In this document: positions 37,898 to 50,620 of the stretch, piece by piece
How positions within the stretch are numbered: position 1 is the first letter of the stretch
Layout of the letters: every line of letters starts with the position of its first letter
Assembly: GCA_028534125.1 (NCBI GenBank)
Contig: CM052832.1
Location: 24,926,001-24,990,000 of the forward strand
Direction: 5' to 3'
DNA length: 64,000 nucleotides
Source of the DNA: Lama glama
Lineage: Eukaryota
The notes under the pieces: model-generated
Told to the model about the DNA's origin: nothing
What the model saw: only the letters and a program-made list of their open reading frames with translations
Databases searched by the model: none
Position numbers and translations under genes: made by a program

Positions 37898-38080
37898 CCA
37901 ACGTGTGCTGGAGCTGGTTTGTGCTGGCTAACAAGAGCTAGTCATGAAGTTTTCAAGAATTTTGCTAGTGAATTGAAATAAGCCATGGCAGGAATATTTA
38001 TACCCAGGAAATCAACAACCATTACAAAAAAAATCCACATGGTGCCTCCCCATCTGCAGCTGGTTTCCGAACCCACACTG
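37898..38080 (+). mobile_element. hAT-Tip100 MITE (ORSL-like)
   Basis: 'gtgtgctggagctggtttgtgctggc...ttttcaagaattttgc...aatatttatacccaggaaat', ends 'cacactg'. Confidence 0.55.
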
Positions 38081-39248
38081 TACCCACCACTCATCCTGAG
38101 CATGATTTGTCTGTGCCATGCTCCCCTGAATCACACTTCTCCCACCAGCCCATTTCTTGTTCTGGGAGTGTGTCTGGTCTCCAGAACCGTGTGACCCCAG
38201 TGTGGCATGGACCAAACCCCAGATGTGGCTCCATCCAGTAGAATAACAAGCTCTGGGCATCCCAGAGGACTCACTACTTGTTTACCATCAAGTTCTCGTG
38301 CATTCTAGGCAGCTCCTGTCAAAATAGAGGCAATAGACCATTTCATACATTAATTATCTCAGACTGCAAACCTAATGGGAAGATTTCAGAGGTTCTCCTA
38401 TTGAATAAACAAGCCCTGTCAATGTTCTATATAAAAGATTCTGAAAAGAGTCTAAATGACAGTCCCCCAGAAGTATTTTAATTGAAATGATGCCGTGTGA
38501 CAGAACGAATTCCATGCATGACTTTCCGTTGGCTCTCCTGTGACCTTTCCCCCCATTTCTTGACAGATTCATCTTGCTGAACATCTTGTGGAGAATGTGA
38601 AAAACATCCCCTTTTTTTCTCTGTCATGCTGAAATCTGAATCTCATGCATTTATTTTCCTTAAAATAACAGGTGCTGCATATTCTGATCCCTTCTTTAAT
38701 TATATTTGGTTTAACGTGCCTCTTCTAAATAGCTCTGCACATTTTCTCTTTCCTCCTACCTCTCTCTCTAGTCTTGATACTTAGGGGAAGATTGTTGCCT
38801 TGGCCTTTAAGTTGACCATAGCCAGGGAAATATCAAAGGGATCATGATGTGTCATTTCCATGGCGATACATTCAGAATATAAGTTTTAAAAAAATTTATT
38901 CTTGACATCATCTTTAATGCTTTTAAGCCACAGAGTGTAGCTTAGAATGGTCCTATAAGATAGTCACAGACCTAAGGTGGCTCAGGAGAGTAACAGGCAC
39001 ACTCCTGTCCCTCCACATGTTAATCAGGTCACCCACAGGGACGTAGCCTGCTATGTTCTCAATCCTCTGATGGGCTCTGAGGCTCTTGAGGTTCATTCTC
39101 TCAAGGACTTTGACTGTCTTTTCTAGTAGGAGAGATAGATGAGCAAGAAAACACTATGGGATCTGATATTATCTGAGCAGTAATAGAGGCAAGAACCAAG
39201 TAAAGAGATAAAAGGAGTAGAGAAGGCATGACTAAGTTAGCCGGGGAG

Positions 39249-39711
39249 GGTATAGTCTCCTGTGGTGGCTGGGACAAAGGCCACAAATGTAGTGGCTTAA
39301 AACAACACAGATTTATTCTGTTATAGTTCCAGAGATCACAAGTCCAAAATGAGTCTACTGGAGCTAAAATCAAGGTGTTGGCAGGGCTGTTTTCTTCTAA
39401 GGGCTCCAGGAAGCGAAACCCTGCCGTCGCCTCTTCCGCTTCCTAAAGGCTGTCTGCGCTCCTTGCCTTGTGGCCCCATTACTCCAGTCTCTGGCTCCAT
39501 CACCACATTGCCTTCTCCCTCTCTGATCTCTGCCTCCTCTTGAAAGGAGATTTGTGATTACATTACCTACCCGCCACCACCCAACCCCAGATAATCTGAG
39601 ACTTTCTTCTCAAGATCCTTAACTTGATCACATCAGCAAGTCCCTTTAACCATGTGAGGTAATAAACTCACAAATTCTGGGAATTTTGACACCAACGTTC
39701 AGCCTACCCCA
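39249..39711 (-). mobile_element. MaLR LTR (MLT1C/D-like)
   Basis: 'agtggcttaaaacaacacagatttattct', 'ctaaaatcaaggtgttggcagggctg', 'tcaagatccttaacttgatcacatc'. Confidence 0.85.
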
Positions 39712-40074
39712 GGCAGGATATTGGGGATGGAGTTCAGTGAAATGTCTTCCCAGGTGTCAAGCAAAAGATGGTGGAGCCATGTCCTGTGTCTTGACCGGGT
39801 CATGCCCCTCTGCGTCTTCCAAATCTGACCTGCCGCAGATACCCACCCTTCAGCTGCTGCTGCTCCCACTGCTGCCCTTCCTGCCTCTGCAGGTGGCTTC
39901 ACCCTCCAGCTCCTCCAAGATCATGGGGGCCTGTGGAGCTACTCAATGTGCCAAAACTTGGCTAACAGTCTCGCTTAGAAGTGGACTACTCACCACCACC
40001 TTTCTCAGGTTCTGCAACTGAAACGCAAAGGATTTCCTGATTTTACTCTGGAAAATAATGAGGACAACTTTTTA

Positions 40075-40325
40075 AATAGCTATCTGTTATTATCACTTGT
40101 GTGCAACAAATGATACTAAGTGATTTATATGAATTAGCTCATTTAATCCTTAAAAATCACTTCTGTGGCAAATACTAGCTTTACCCCCATGTTCAAGATG
40201 AGGGAACTAAGGCTTAGTAAGGTTGATACATTTGTCCATTGCCACTCTTATCATGTAGCAAGAACCACAGCTTAAACTTAAAAGCAGCTTCCTCTGGCTC
40301 TAAAGTACCCGTTCTAACCACAACC
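40075..40325 (-). mobile_element. MIR SINE
   Basis: 'ctcatttaatcct...agatgagggaactaaggcttag'. Confidence 0.75.
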
Positions 40326-40399
40326 CTGGCCTAGGGCCTAAGCCAGCTGAGCCCCATTCTAGAGATCTAGTCACTAAGTGATTAGATGCAATAAAGTAG

Positions 40400-40640
40400 A
40401 AAAGATATGAGCACAGGTAGGTCCCAGAACTTAGTCACATATAAATTTATAAAATTGGATCAATTGCTTAATTCCTATGTGCCTCAGTTTCTTATCCATA
40501 AGTTGGAGATAAAAGTATTACACACTTGAGTGAGCTTGTTTGTTTTTCAGAACGTCTGGTTCAGTACCCTGTAGAACAAGCCTTCTAGATGGTTCTGGTA
40601 CATGCGGTCTGGGGAATCTCTGAAAACCTCCGAACTACGT
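40400..40640 (+). mobile_element. MIR core followed by a MER5-like fragment
   Basis: 'tgtgcctcagtttcttatccataa'; 'aacaagccttctagatggttctg'. Confidence 0.5.
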
Positions 40641-40781
40641 GTCCTCTCTCCAAGTAGTTCTCATAGTTACACTGGGGTCAACCAATAATAAACAGAACAG
40701 TTAAGTCTTCGAGAACAAAGAAAAGCAGTATTAGTTTAAATGGCTCTGATAGGAATCTGACTGATAATAAGGCTTATTGTC

Positions 40782-40999
40782 TTTTTTATTGAAAATTTTT
40801 ATTGAGATACGATGGACACATAACATTATATTAGTTTCAGGTGTGCAGCATAATGATTTGCTATTTGTGTATATTGTGAAATGATCACCACAGTAAGCCT
40901 AATTAGTAACACTAGTGTATATTTAAAAGTTGCTAAGAGAGTAGATCTTAAGAGTTCTCATCACAAAGAAAAAAATGTGGGGTGATGGATGTTAACTAG
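40782..40999 (-). mobile_element. L1MA8/9-like 3' end with a 5' inversion (twin priming)
   Basis: 40782-40904 is the terminal 3' UTR on the - strand; 40905-40999 is the adjacent upstream 3' UTR segment on the + strand. Confidence 0.7.
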
Positions 41000-41289
41000 T
41001 TTAATGAAGATGATAAATGAAGATTTGTAAATGTTACGTACCTGGAAGACAGTGATCAATACACGTTAGCTATGTTATTTAGCTAAGAGTTATCATATTT
41101 TTGAGAGCAGTGAAAAGACACATCTTCTGAGGACTGAAGCAGGGGAAGCTATTCTTTGATGCAGAACCTTCAAGAGAGGTTGGTGATAAGCATTTATTTG
41201 AACTTAGGTCCAAATAAGTGTTAACTCTCCTGCAGAGGGTATGCAGGGTAATGGCCATGGGAAAAGACCTTTGTCTCTCTGTTCCTAAG

Positions 41290-41918
41290 TGTTCTTGCTC
41301 AGCACTAAACTCCCTTCCACAATTTGCTCAGTGATACTGGGGTGAGACTGTTTGTCCTTAACCTCCCTATTTGGCGTCAGCAGTCAGAGGCACAGGGTGA
41401 AGATCAGAAGCAGGGGAGGAAGAAGGGACCTGCCGCTGTTCCTCCATGCACCCTCCCCCAGGAACCCCCAGGAACCCACTCTCAGGGCACCCACAGGTCA
41501 GTTCTGGTCGTAGGTAGTTCCAATTGCCAACTTCTTTTCACTGTGGAACCTGGCTCACAGAACCCACACCCCCCTACCATCTCCCTGCTCCAGGGGCTCC
41601 TCCTCCAAGCTCCTGGGGTACCAGTAGCGGTCAGGCAGTGCCCTCCTCAGATGTCTGTCACCCATGTGGGTCCCCAAACAAGCTTCTGGGTTCAGAGACC
41701 CTAATCTCACCCCTTCCTTCTCCCAGCCCTAGAGGCTCCAGCTGCTTCCTGTAGTGACTCTCTTTGTGCTAATTTTGTTACATCAGTGCTCCCTTTTGGG
41801 GTTGTTTTTTTTTTTTTTTGTCCTTCAACAGCTGTTTAATCAATTCCCTATAGTAAATTCTCTCTGTTAAAGTAACTTGTATGGATTCTGTTTCCTGACT
41901 AGGCCTGAGTAATAGTAC
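41290..41918 (+). mobile_element. ERVL LTR (LTR33/LTR50 group)
   Basis: 'cccagccctagaggctccagctgcttcctgtagt', 3' end 'aaattctctctgttaaagtaacttgtatggattctgtttcctgact'. Confidence 0.65.
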
Positions 41919-42499
41919 ACACACACAACACGCACTTATGTATCAACACTGCTCACAGGCATTTGTGTACACACACACATACATTTGCACATGCTGTATC
42001 TAGGCAAATGCATGCAATTTTCTGTTTGTTCCAGCCCCGCATCTGCTCCACTGGCCCTCATTAATGCTCTGTCCTTTCCAGATTCTAAAATATATTAGAA
42101 AGCACAAAGCGAAAGAGTTCTAGATAACAGAAAGTCTTTCCCTTCTTATAAACACAAGCACCTGTTCAGTGCTTCTCTAGTCAAAAACTTACAGGCCCGC
42201 TCTTTAACATCAGGCATTCGTGGTAACAACATTTGTTAAAGATTTACTGGCTCAAACTGGAAATTTAAAACAATTCGATGATAGAAAAAAATCCCTATTG
42301 AAATTTTCACTGCTTCCTTCATTTATTCAAACTCCATCACTTTTCACTCAGTGCCTGACACTCTTCTAGATCCTTCAGCTACAAGGAAGGAGAAGACAAA
42401 GTCTCAGCCCTCACGGGGAAGGACAGGGGATGAGGGATGGGGAAATTGTGTGTGCACAGGCCTGTGGTGGGGAAGCCAGCATGGTGGGGGGCGGTGACT

Positions 42500-42750
42500 G
42501 CAGCAGGCGGAACAGAGGTCGTGTGTGAGGGCTCTGGAGTCCAACCGCCTGTTCAAGTTCCTCCTCCACCATTTACTGGCCAAACGACCTTGGGAAAGTT
42601 CCTAAACTTGTCTATGCTTCCTGTTTCCTCTTTTTCCAAAATGGGAATAATGATAAGCACCCCTTCACAGGGTCACTAGGAAGGTTAAACAAGAAAATAA
42701 ACAGTGCTTGACACAGTGCACGCACTTGGTGAGGGCTAGTTGTTATTCCT
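42500..42750 (+). mobile_element. MIR SINE
   Basis: 'ggctctggagtcc...gaccttgggaaagttcctaaac...aaaatgggaataatgata'. Confidence 0.8.
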
Positions 42751-42859
42751 GCCAATGCCATCGTTAGACATGTGCTGGGAGGGCTCACTTGCCCTGAAAA
42801 TCTGACTCATTAATCTGTCAGGGGACCCCAGAAGGGCCGAAGGGCAGGTCCCTCTTGCC

Positions 42860-43025
42860 CATTTCCCAATGGCATCATCCTGGAAAGGTTACATAGCCTC
42901 TCTGAGCTTCCATTTCTTTGAGTGTAAAATGGTGCCTGCCTTGCAGAGCTGTGGCTCGTACAGATGAGCCAACACGCACACAACCACGAGCCCCTGCCTA
43001 CCAGGTGCCTGATAAATAGCACTCA
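42860..43025 (+). mobile_element. MIR fragment
   Basis: 'cctctctgagcttccatttctt...gtaaaatgg'. Confidence 0.55.
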
Positions 43026-43029
43026 CTCC

Positions 43030-43870
43030 TCCAGCAGATGCTCTGGGGTACCTACTATGTGCCAGGCATTATGCTCATATGTGCTACAGCCATGAACGAG
43101 ACATAGTGGCTGCCCTCAAAGAGCTTACATTCTCAGAGGGAAACAGACAGGAAATACACCAGCAGGCCAGTGTTCAAAACCCCATAGGAGAACACAGAGG
43201 TGTGGAAAGGGCAGAGAGTTCAGGGGTGGTGGTCAGTGGGATGGTCGGGGAAGTTCTGTCTGTAGAGGTGACATCTGGCAGACATGAAAGAAATGAGGGA
43301 GTAGGCCGTACAAAGATCCCGTTCAAGGGAGAAAACAAGTGCCAAGTCTCTGGGATGGAAACAGGGGTGTTCAAGGATCAGGAAGCGACAGTGTCACCAC
43401 AGCAGGGTGAGTCCGTGAGAGAGAAGAGATGGGCAGCGGCCGGCGCGGGGAGGGCCTGAGAGGTGTAAGAACACTGGATTTCGGGGCCAATTTTTAGGGG
43501 AAGGCCTTGGAGGGTTGAGGTCAGAGAAAGCAGCATAATCTGATTTTTCTTTTTCCAAACAGTTACTGCAGCTGCCCTGTGCACAGCTGCCTGAAGGGAA
43601 AGTAAATTTAAGTAGAGAGTCCAGTGGGGAGGCTGCCATATTTGAAACAAGAGATGTTAGTGGCCCGGGCTGAGGTGTAAATGTGGAGGTGAGAGGTAAG
43701 AGGTGGTTGAATTAAGGATGGCTTCACTGAAGGTAGACTTAGGGGATTTGCCAATAGACTGCAGTGGAGAAGACTAAAAGAGGAACGTATTGCAGTGAGG
43801 GAAGTTCAGATTTAGCCTTATGTAAAGCGAGGTGCTCTATGCAGAAGGGCTGAGTGGACAGTCGGACACC
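43030..43870 (-). mobile_element. LINE L2 3' region
   Basis: 'cctactatgtgccaggca', 'ctgccctcaaagagcttacattct', 'gtagagagtccagtggggaggctg'. Confidence 0.8.
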
Positions 43871-44947
43871 TGCGCCCGGCACTACCTTCTCCCCCTCGCT
43901 GCTTCCCTTCCAGTGTGACAAGGTTACTCATTAGAGTTAAGCCATTGACCTAAGTAGATGCATGAAATCACCATTTGGTCATTTGGTGTGAATCTAGTTC
44001 ATTTATTTTACAGTAGTTTGCTGAAGGAATGAGAATTTTTATGGTGCACGGGAGCATCTACCTGGCCCCGGAAAGAGGTCAGGGTGTCCAGAATAGCAGG
44101 AGTGCAGAGAGAGGAGGCGAAGCGGCACTAGGAATGATTTTCTCCTGCACGGCAGCTGGCCCTGTGTATATAACCTGTGCTGCCTGAGAATTTCACACAA
44201 GGCTTATGAATCATGCTGAGTACCTCTTTTGGGTCATTTACTTCCCTCTATCAATTACTAGTCCGGCCAGACACAGTCTGAATTTAAACCAAATCACAAT
44301 CGCTCTTTCCACCCACCACCCATTGAAATTCTCATCAACACCGTTATTGGTGACTGCTGGAGCTTCCATCCTTCCAGGGAGGGAGACAAAGAAACACCCA
44401 CGTCTTGAAAATAACCTTTCCAATTGCCTTTCTTCCCTGTCCTGATGAGCCTGGCAGAATCATGAACCCCATCTCTGTATCTCACAAGCAGTCTCTGCAG
44501 AGCAATAGGAGGCAGTAGCTCTCCTCCTTGACACCTTAGCGCCCCCAGGTTGCTGCTCAGCCCTGCCTCTTGGGGTACTTTATCATCTTAATTGCATCTT
44601 GCATGCCCACCTTTCTGCCCGAGGAGCTGTGGGTATTAATCACTTCCCAGTCACTTTGGGTAATGCTGAGTGCTTTATCTTTTGCTCTGTCACCAACATA
44701 GGGATACAGGAGGTCGCAGGCAGGCAAATGGCTTCCTTCTTGATCATAACCTTCCTAAAAATCTTCACTGCTCACCGTCTTGGCAGACAATTTCAGGCCC
44801 TTTCCTCTGGGTAGCCATTCTTCACTATAGCAAGTTGCCTCCAAGGTCAAATTCATCAACGTGTTCATTGTAAAATTACCAGCCATCTGATGTTTCATTA
44901 ACACTTTGCAAGCACCATCCACAGAGGTGAATGAGACCATGCTGCAG

Positions 44948-45113
44948 AGTGGTGGTTTCAAAGGACCCAGAGGCATTAGTATCCCTGGGAACCTCGTTAA
45001 AAATGCACATTCTCAGGACAACTGAACAATCTGGGCCTGTAGGGGTGGTACCCCGCAATCTGTTTTATCAAGCTCTCCACGTGCTGATGCACACTCAAGT
45101 TTGAGAACCACTA
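44948..45113. mobile_element. MER5A hAT-Charlie MITE
   Basis: 'gggaacctcgttaaaaatgcacattctcagg...caagtttgagaaccact'. Confidence 0.8.
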
Positions 45114-45409
45114 CAGAGGCGCCCAGAATGGGAAACAGGATGCCGAGCACTCTGATGATGAGCAAACCTAGTGCCTTTGGCTGGTCACTTCACCTTGCAC
45201 CTGACAACAAGGAGATCAGACCTGATCATCTCTCCACCCCTTCCAGATCCAAAATTCTAAGAATGTACATGGAGGAGGTGGGGCAGCATGATGTGAGACG
45301 ATGATGATGGTCATTCTTAATATTTCTTGAGTGCTTCCTATGAGTCCGGCACTGGGACAGGTGTTCTCATTATCTGTGAGGCACACGTGTCTTGAAAATG
45401 GAAAGATAA

Positions 45410-45513
45410 GGGGTGGGGGGTGTAGCTCAGTGGTGGAGCATGTGCTTGGCATGCTCGAGGTCCTGGATTCGACCCCCAGTGCCTCCGTTAAGGGGAGGGA
45501 AAAAAAAGAAAAA
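45410..45513 (+). mobile_element. tRNA-derived camelid SINE (Vic-1-like), short form
   Basis: A box TAGCTCAGTGG, B box GGATTCGACCC, A-rich tail, no CCA or acceptor stem. Confidence 0.8.
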
Positions 45514-45619
45514 TTGTTCTAGTCTCCCTCCAAGACTCAGCGTGGGATTTCCTGACACACGGGCGGAGTTAGGTGCGTGCCTCGTGCTTTTTTTTCCCTT
45601 CCTTCTTCTACCTCAAGGT

Positions 45620-45800
45620 GGTTTTAGAGGAACTAGATTAACCCTCCTGCCTGAAACAACTTAAAAGGCCAGACAAAATGTATGAAACAACGATTCTCAG
45701 GGCACCGGGCAACACGGATGCAGGAGTTTTCAAGAGAGATGATGAGTTTATTTGAAGACGTTGAGCTTGAAATAAGAGACTGGAGTGGGGAGACTGCCTG
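45620..45800 (+). mobile_element. Old L1M 5'-region fragment
   Basis: 'accctcctgcctgaaacaact...cagacaaaatgtatgaaacaacg'. Confidence 0.5.
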
Positions 45801-46052
45801 GCACATTCTCTGTTCTCATGAGGCTTGGTTGAGTTTCTGTGCTTATTTCTAGAAAACTCTTCTGTACCCTTCCAGTCGATCTCCTTCACAGAAGTTAACT
45901 CCCGTGTGTACCCTCATGGCTTTTACCCCTGGACGTCAAGTCTACCAGCCCTTGTCCTGGCTTCTCCCACTAACGTGAGCTCCTTGAGGGGAGGGAGCAC
46001 ATTCAACCCCAGCATCTAGTCAAGTGGCCAGCGTTTAATAAATATGCTTGTA

Positions 46053-46210
46053 GGGGGAGGGTATAGCTCAGTGGTAGAGTGCATGCCTAGTGTGCACAAG
46101 GTCCTGGGTTCAATCCCCAGTACCTCCATTAAAGAAATAAATAAGTAAACCTAATTACCTCCCCCTGGAAAAAAATAAGTTAAATGAATGAACAACAACA
46201 ACAAAAAAAG
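46053..46210 (+). mobile_element. tRNA-derived camelid SINE (Vic-1-like) with TSD, inserted in an L2 tail
   Basis: GGGGAGGGTATAGCTCAGTGGTAGAG...GGTTCAATCCCCAGTACCTCC; exact 14-bp TSD TAAATATGCTTGTA at 46039-46052 and 46211-46224. Confidence 0.92.
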
Positions 46211-46744
46211 TAAATATGCTTGTACCAATAATCTTCACTCTGTGTTCAGAATTTCCACATTGGGTTTGTCTTGGAGCCCCTTCTATTCTCTTCTCCTCTT
46301 TCGTCCTCTTTCCAATCACCCCTTTTTGTCTTTGTACCTCTTCCCCACAAAACTCTGATGTGGCCTTTAACATCACTCACATCACATTCTGTGTCAAAGT
46401 CCACACTCCACATCTCTCAGTCAACTCTGACTTTGTCTCATCTCAGAAAGCTCTTCTCCCTCACTAATTGTCCTGCAGTAAATTGGTTGGAAAGTTCAGC
46501 CTTAGATCTCCTTAATGAGTTAAGGTGAACATTTCCATAAGCCATGCAGAAAATAAATATACACTGTGTGAAGATTTTATTGCCAGTTCCAAGACCATCC
46601 CCATAGACCAAGCATTGTAATGGCCAAGGATCATGGAGGAGGAAGCCTCAGGGATGTGGCTGTGCTGAGAACTGGCCCAGCTGTTGGGCCCACACTCAGC
46701 TTGTGCTCACTAGCATGCTTTCAGAACTTGACCTGAGAAATGCT

Positions 46745-47361
46745 GTTGTAGGCAGAATTCTAAGATGGCCTCCAAGAGTCCCCTGTGGCCTGGGGTACAC
46801 ACTCCTCCTCCCAGTTATTCAATCAGACACTAATCTAAGTGCTGCTGTGAAGGGATTTTGCAGATGTAAATAAAATCCCAAGTCAGCTGAGCCTAGGAAA
46901 GGAAGATTATCTTTGGTGGGTCTGACCTAATCAGGTGGGCCTGACCTAATCAGGTGAACCCTTCAACATGATAGGACTATTCTTGGCAAGCGAGATTTTA
47001 ATCATGAAGAACATTCTCCATGCCTGGCTTTGGAGATGGAGGAGACCACAAGGCAAGAAATGCAGGTGGCCACTGACTGAGAGCCAGCAAGGAAACAGGA
47101 CCTCAGTCCTACAAATACAAGGGACAGAACTCTGCCAACAACCTGAATGAGCTTTGGAAGCAGATTCTTCCTTAGTCAAGCCTCCTGATGAGACCACAGC
47201 CCAACCAACATCTTGATTTCAGCCTTGCTGAAACCCTGAACAAAGAACCCAGACATGCTACGCCCAAACTTCTGACCTACAGAACTGGGAGTTAATGAAT
47301 GGTTATTGTTTTAAGCTGCTAAATATGTGGTAGTTTCTTCCACAACAACAGGAAGCTAACA
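46745..47361 (+). mobile_element. MaLR LTR (MLT1E-like)
   Basis: 'aggcagaattctaagatggcc', 'ttctgacctacagaact...ttgttttaagctgctaa'. Confidence 0.85.
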
Positions 47362-48454
47362 GAGATGCTAATAGGTAAACCCCCTCCTTTACCCTAAAAG
47401 GCAGGTCTGCCCTACCACATAGATACCCCTTATACTCCACACCTACCCCTCATCCTGGTTTCCATTCTTAACCCTACCAGAGAAGGTTCTAGAAACATAA
47501 AATGTAACCACTGCGCCAGTATAACAGCAGGCAAATACAACGTACGAGGACAGGAAGAGATCAGGCTGTTCTATGACAGGCAGAATCACCTCTACAGTCC
47601 CTGCCTTGCCCTTGAGTTTGGATATCATGTGCTTTCTGCAAACAATCCATTATTTTTATGCCCTAGATCATCTAGCATGTAACCTCTCACCCTCACTCCA
47701 AAGCCATTCTGTACTCAGAGCCCTGAAATACTGCAGGTGGTGCCAACTGCCTTGTGGCTTCCACACCCCTCGAGCTGTCTGCTGCATTTTATTGGCTGTA
47801 ATCGATGGCCCGGCCTTGCTGCACCACAAACTCGAGACAGGCCCTATTCTTCAAATTCCTTCACGTGCACACAGTTGGAAAGGGAGAGTCATTTATGGTC
47901 TCTGCCGCTGGACTCTCTGTAAATGACAAGGCTGAATTTATAGGCTAAATGTTCAGCAGGAATATCCAGCTCCAGGCTGAGGAATTTCCCTGCAGGGGAG
48001 ATTACAGGGAACGTGTGGGTGGTGTCTTTTTTTTTTTTTTTTTTAACTTTCTGGTCTTGGCAGTTAACATTTAATGTAATGCATCACCATGAATCACTGG
48101 GGGAGGCTCTCCTCCAATACTCATTAGCTTATTAAAATGAACACAACTGTTCTTGCTGATCTAAATTGTACAATGATGACAAAAATAACAATAATAATAT
48201 GTCTTACATCAATTTCATTCTGTCTTCTGTAATATTTCAGCTCGCTCTCCCCTGAGTCTGTGGGGTAGGGATGAGAACTTGAATCTCAACGGGAAACCTG
48301 TCACCCTAGCCTCCGGAATGCCATCCTCTCCACCCAGGATGGCTCCCACCTGGGATGATGCCCTGCTGTACCTGGGGGAGCAGGAAGGGGTGAACGTTCT
48401 CCCCTATACTTGATGGCCCAGCACTTGGTCTCTTCTGAGAGTCAATATAGCCTA

Positions 48455-48636
48455 GTAAATGATTCTCAAACTTCGCTGCACAGCAGAAGCAGTTGGGGAT
48501 CTTTTAACAATATGGATGCCCGGTTATCATCAAGATACCCTAATTTCATTGATCTGGAATATAACCTAGGAATTTGGGGGTGTTTTCAAAGCTCCCTAGG
48601 TGATTCCAGTATGCAGACAAATGTGGGAGCCACTGG
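48455..48636. mobile_element. MER5-family MITE
   Basis: 'gattctcaaactt...aagctccctaggtgattccagtatgcag...gagccactg'. Confidence 0.75.
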
Positions 48637-48639
48637 CCC

Positions 48640-48860
48640 AGTAGTCAAGGCACACTTCATGTCAGAGCTCTACCACCAGAGCAGGACAACTTTGAGCAAG
48701 TCACTTGTTCTTTCAATACCTCAGTTTCCTAACCTGTAAAATGGATATACTCAGGGCACCTACATCGTAGGTATTATTAAATGAAAGAACACAGGCTGAT
48801 GGTTTACCCCAGTGCCCAGCTCATAGTCAGGCTGTACATGTTATTATTGACATTCTAATG
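48640..48860 (+). mobile_element. MIR SINE
   Basis: 'gagcaagtcactt...cctcagtttcctaacctgtaaaatgg'. Confidence 0.75.
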
Positions 48861-49859
48861 ATTACCACCATCATTATTTCTCTTGGCCTCTCTGGAGACC
48901 ACGGAACCAGAGATTCTTATGTTGGCAAGGACTTGAGGAGTTATCTCTACTCAGGAATTACTTTTCAAAAGTTCCCAGCAGGCGACCATCCAGTGCAGCT
49001 TAGTAGCACTTTCCCCACCCATTAGAAATCATCCTGTTAGTTAGATTCATACATAGACAAGCTAAGCACATGGAGGGGGTTGGGAATTGGGGGTTCAGAT
49101 TAGACAGAGTAGGTAGTATGATAAAGCTTCATTCATTCAACATGCATTTATTGAATAGCCACTCCAGGCCAAGCACTGTGCTGGGAATACTAAGAGAAAG
49201 ACATAGACTCATGGCCCACCTGGTACAAATCGCCAGCTCTTGGTCACCCCACAGCCAGTTAAAGCTGAGAAGCCCAGATGATCCATTGGCAAATTGATTC
49301 TTTTGCTGAAGCTTTTCTGTTTGCTTGGAGTTCCTCAGAGCCACGGTGGTGGCCCAGCATTTCCACTATCCTGACCTCCTCCCCCCACCCCCTCACTCCC
49401 TACCCTCTACTTTGATCTTTTCCTTCCTACTCCTTTCCCCTGCCCTGTGCCTCTACTTTCTGTGTTCTCAGATCACCTGTGCCATTCAAATACCCCACCT
49501 CCTGGGCCTCTTCCAATATTACTTCTCTGCTTTTCCTCATGGGTTACTATCTTTCCTTATGACTTGTGCATCAGGACCACACAATACATACCTGCTCTTC
49601 CAAAACAGTTCTTATGGATGCTTGTCTAGAATTTTATCCCTTTATAAAGCAAGAATGAACATTTTAGAGGAGTTCAGTATGCTTCAGCCATCCCATTTTT
49701 CTGTTCCCCTTCCCAACAAAATACCCCAAAGCAGTTGTCTATACTTGCGCCTTCACTTACTTCTTGATATTTTCTTCTAAGCTCCCGATTCTCAAGTTCC
49801 CACCCTTAGCGCACCTAGAATTCCCACTCATCCATGCTGTTGGCGGATCCTTGCCTTAC

Positions 49860-50556
49860 GGCAGTTCTGATGCTGACCACCTGGAGTTAGAGCAGGCCCC
49901 GCGAGTTAAGGGCTCAGTCTCCACAGGACTGCTGCAAGTTCAGGGGTCCCCAGGTCACCTGCACTTCTGACCAGTTGGTTACACATGTAGGGGGTTCCCC
50001 AAACCCTCATGTTTGATAATTCACTAAAAGGACTCACAGGACTCTGGAAAGCACTATATTTATGATTATACATATGAAGGATACAGATCTAACAAGCCAA
50101 ATGAAGAAACACATAGAGGGAGGTCTAGAGGGTCCTGAACACAGAGCATGTGTGCCCTCTCCCCATGAAATTCAGACATGTCATCTTCCCAGCACATTGA
50201 TGTGTACACCAGCCAGAAAGTTCCAACAAGCTTCAGTAGTAGACATGATTGATTGAATCATTGGCCACATGATTAAACTCCAGTCTACAGACCCTCTTCC
50301 CCTCCCAAGGTCAGGAGATTAGGCTGATATCACAGGGCTCCAAGCTCCAACCCTCTAATCACATGGTTGATCTTTATGGCCTGGGTGGCCCCCATCCTGA
50401 GTCACCTCATTAGCTTAAGCTATCTAGGGGCCCACGATGAGTCACCTCTTTAGCATAATTATCAGTGCACACCGTGAATAACAAGGACACTCCTATCAGG
50501 TGGATAATTCCAGGGAACCCAGGACAAAGGCAAGCCAAATTCTTTATTATATAGCA
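49860..50556 (-). mobile_element. MER21-like LTR
   Basis: 'gtttgataattcact...actcacag', 'catgattgattgaatcattggcca', 'ccaaccctctaatcacatggttg'. Confidence 0.8.
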
Positions 50557-50620
50557 ACCTCCACGTTGCAGATCCAAGATCAATGCTGCACGTCTCAGCA
50601 TCACTAGACAGTTGATCATC

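Noticed and set aside
44538..44552. CTCF-like GCGCCCCCAGGTTG
   Set aside because: Mismatches at core positions and no other support
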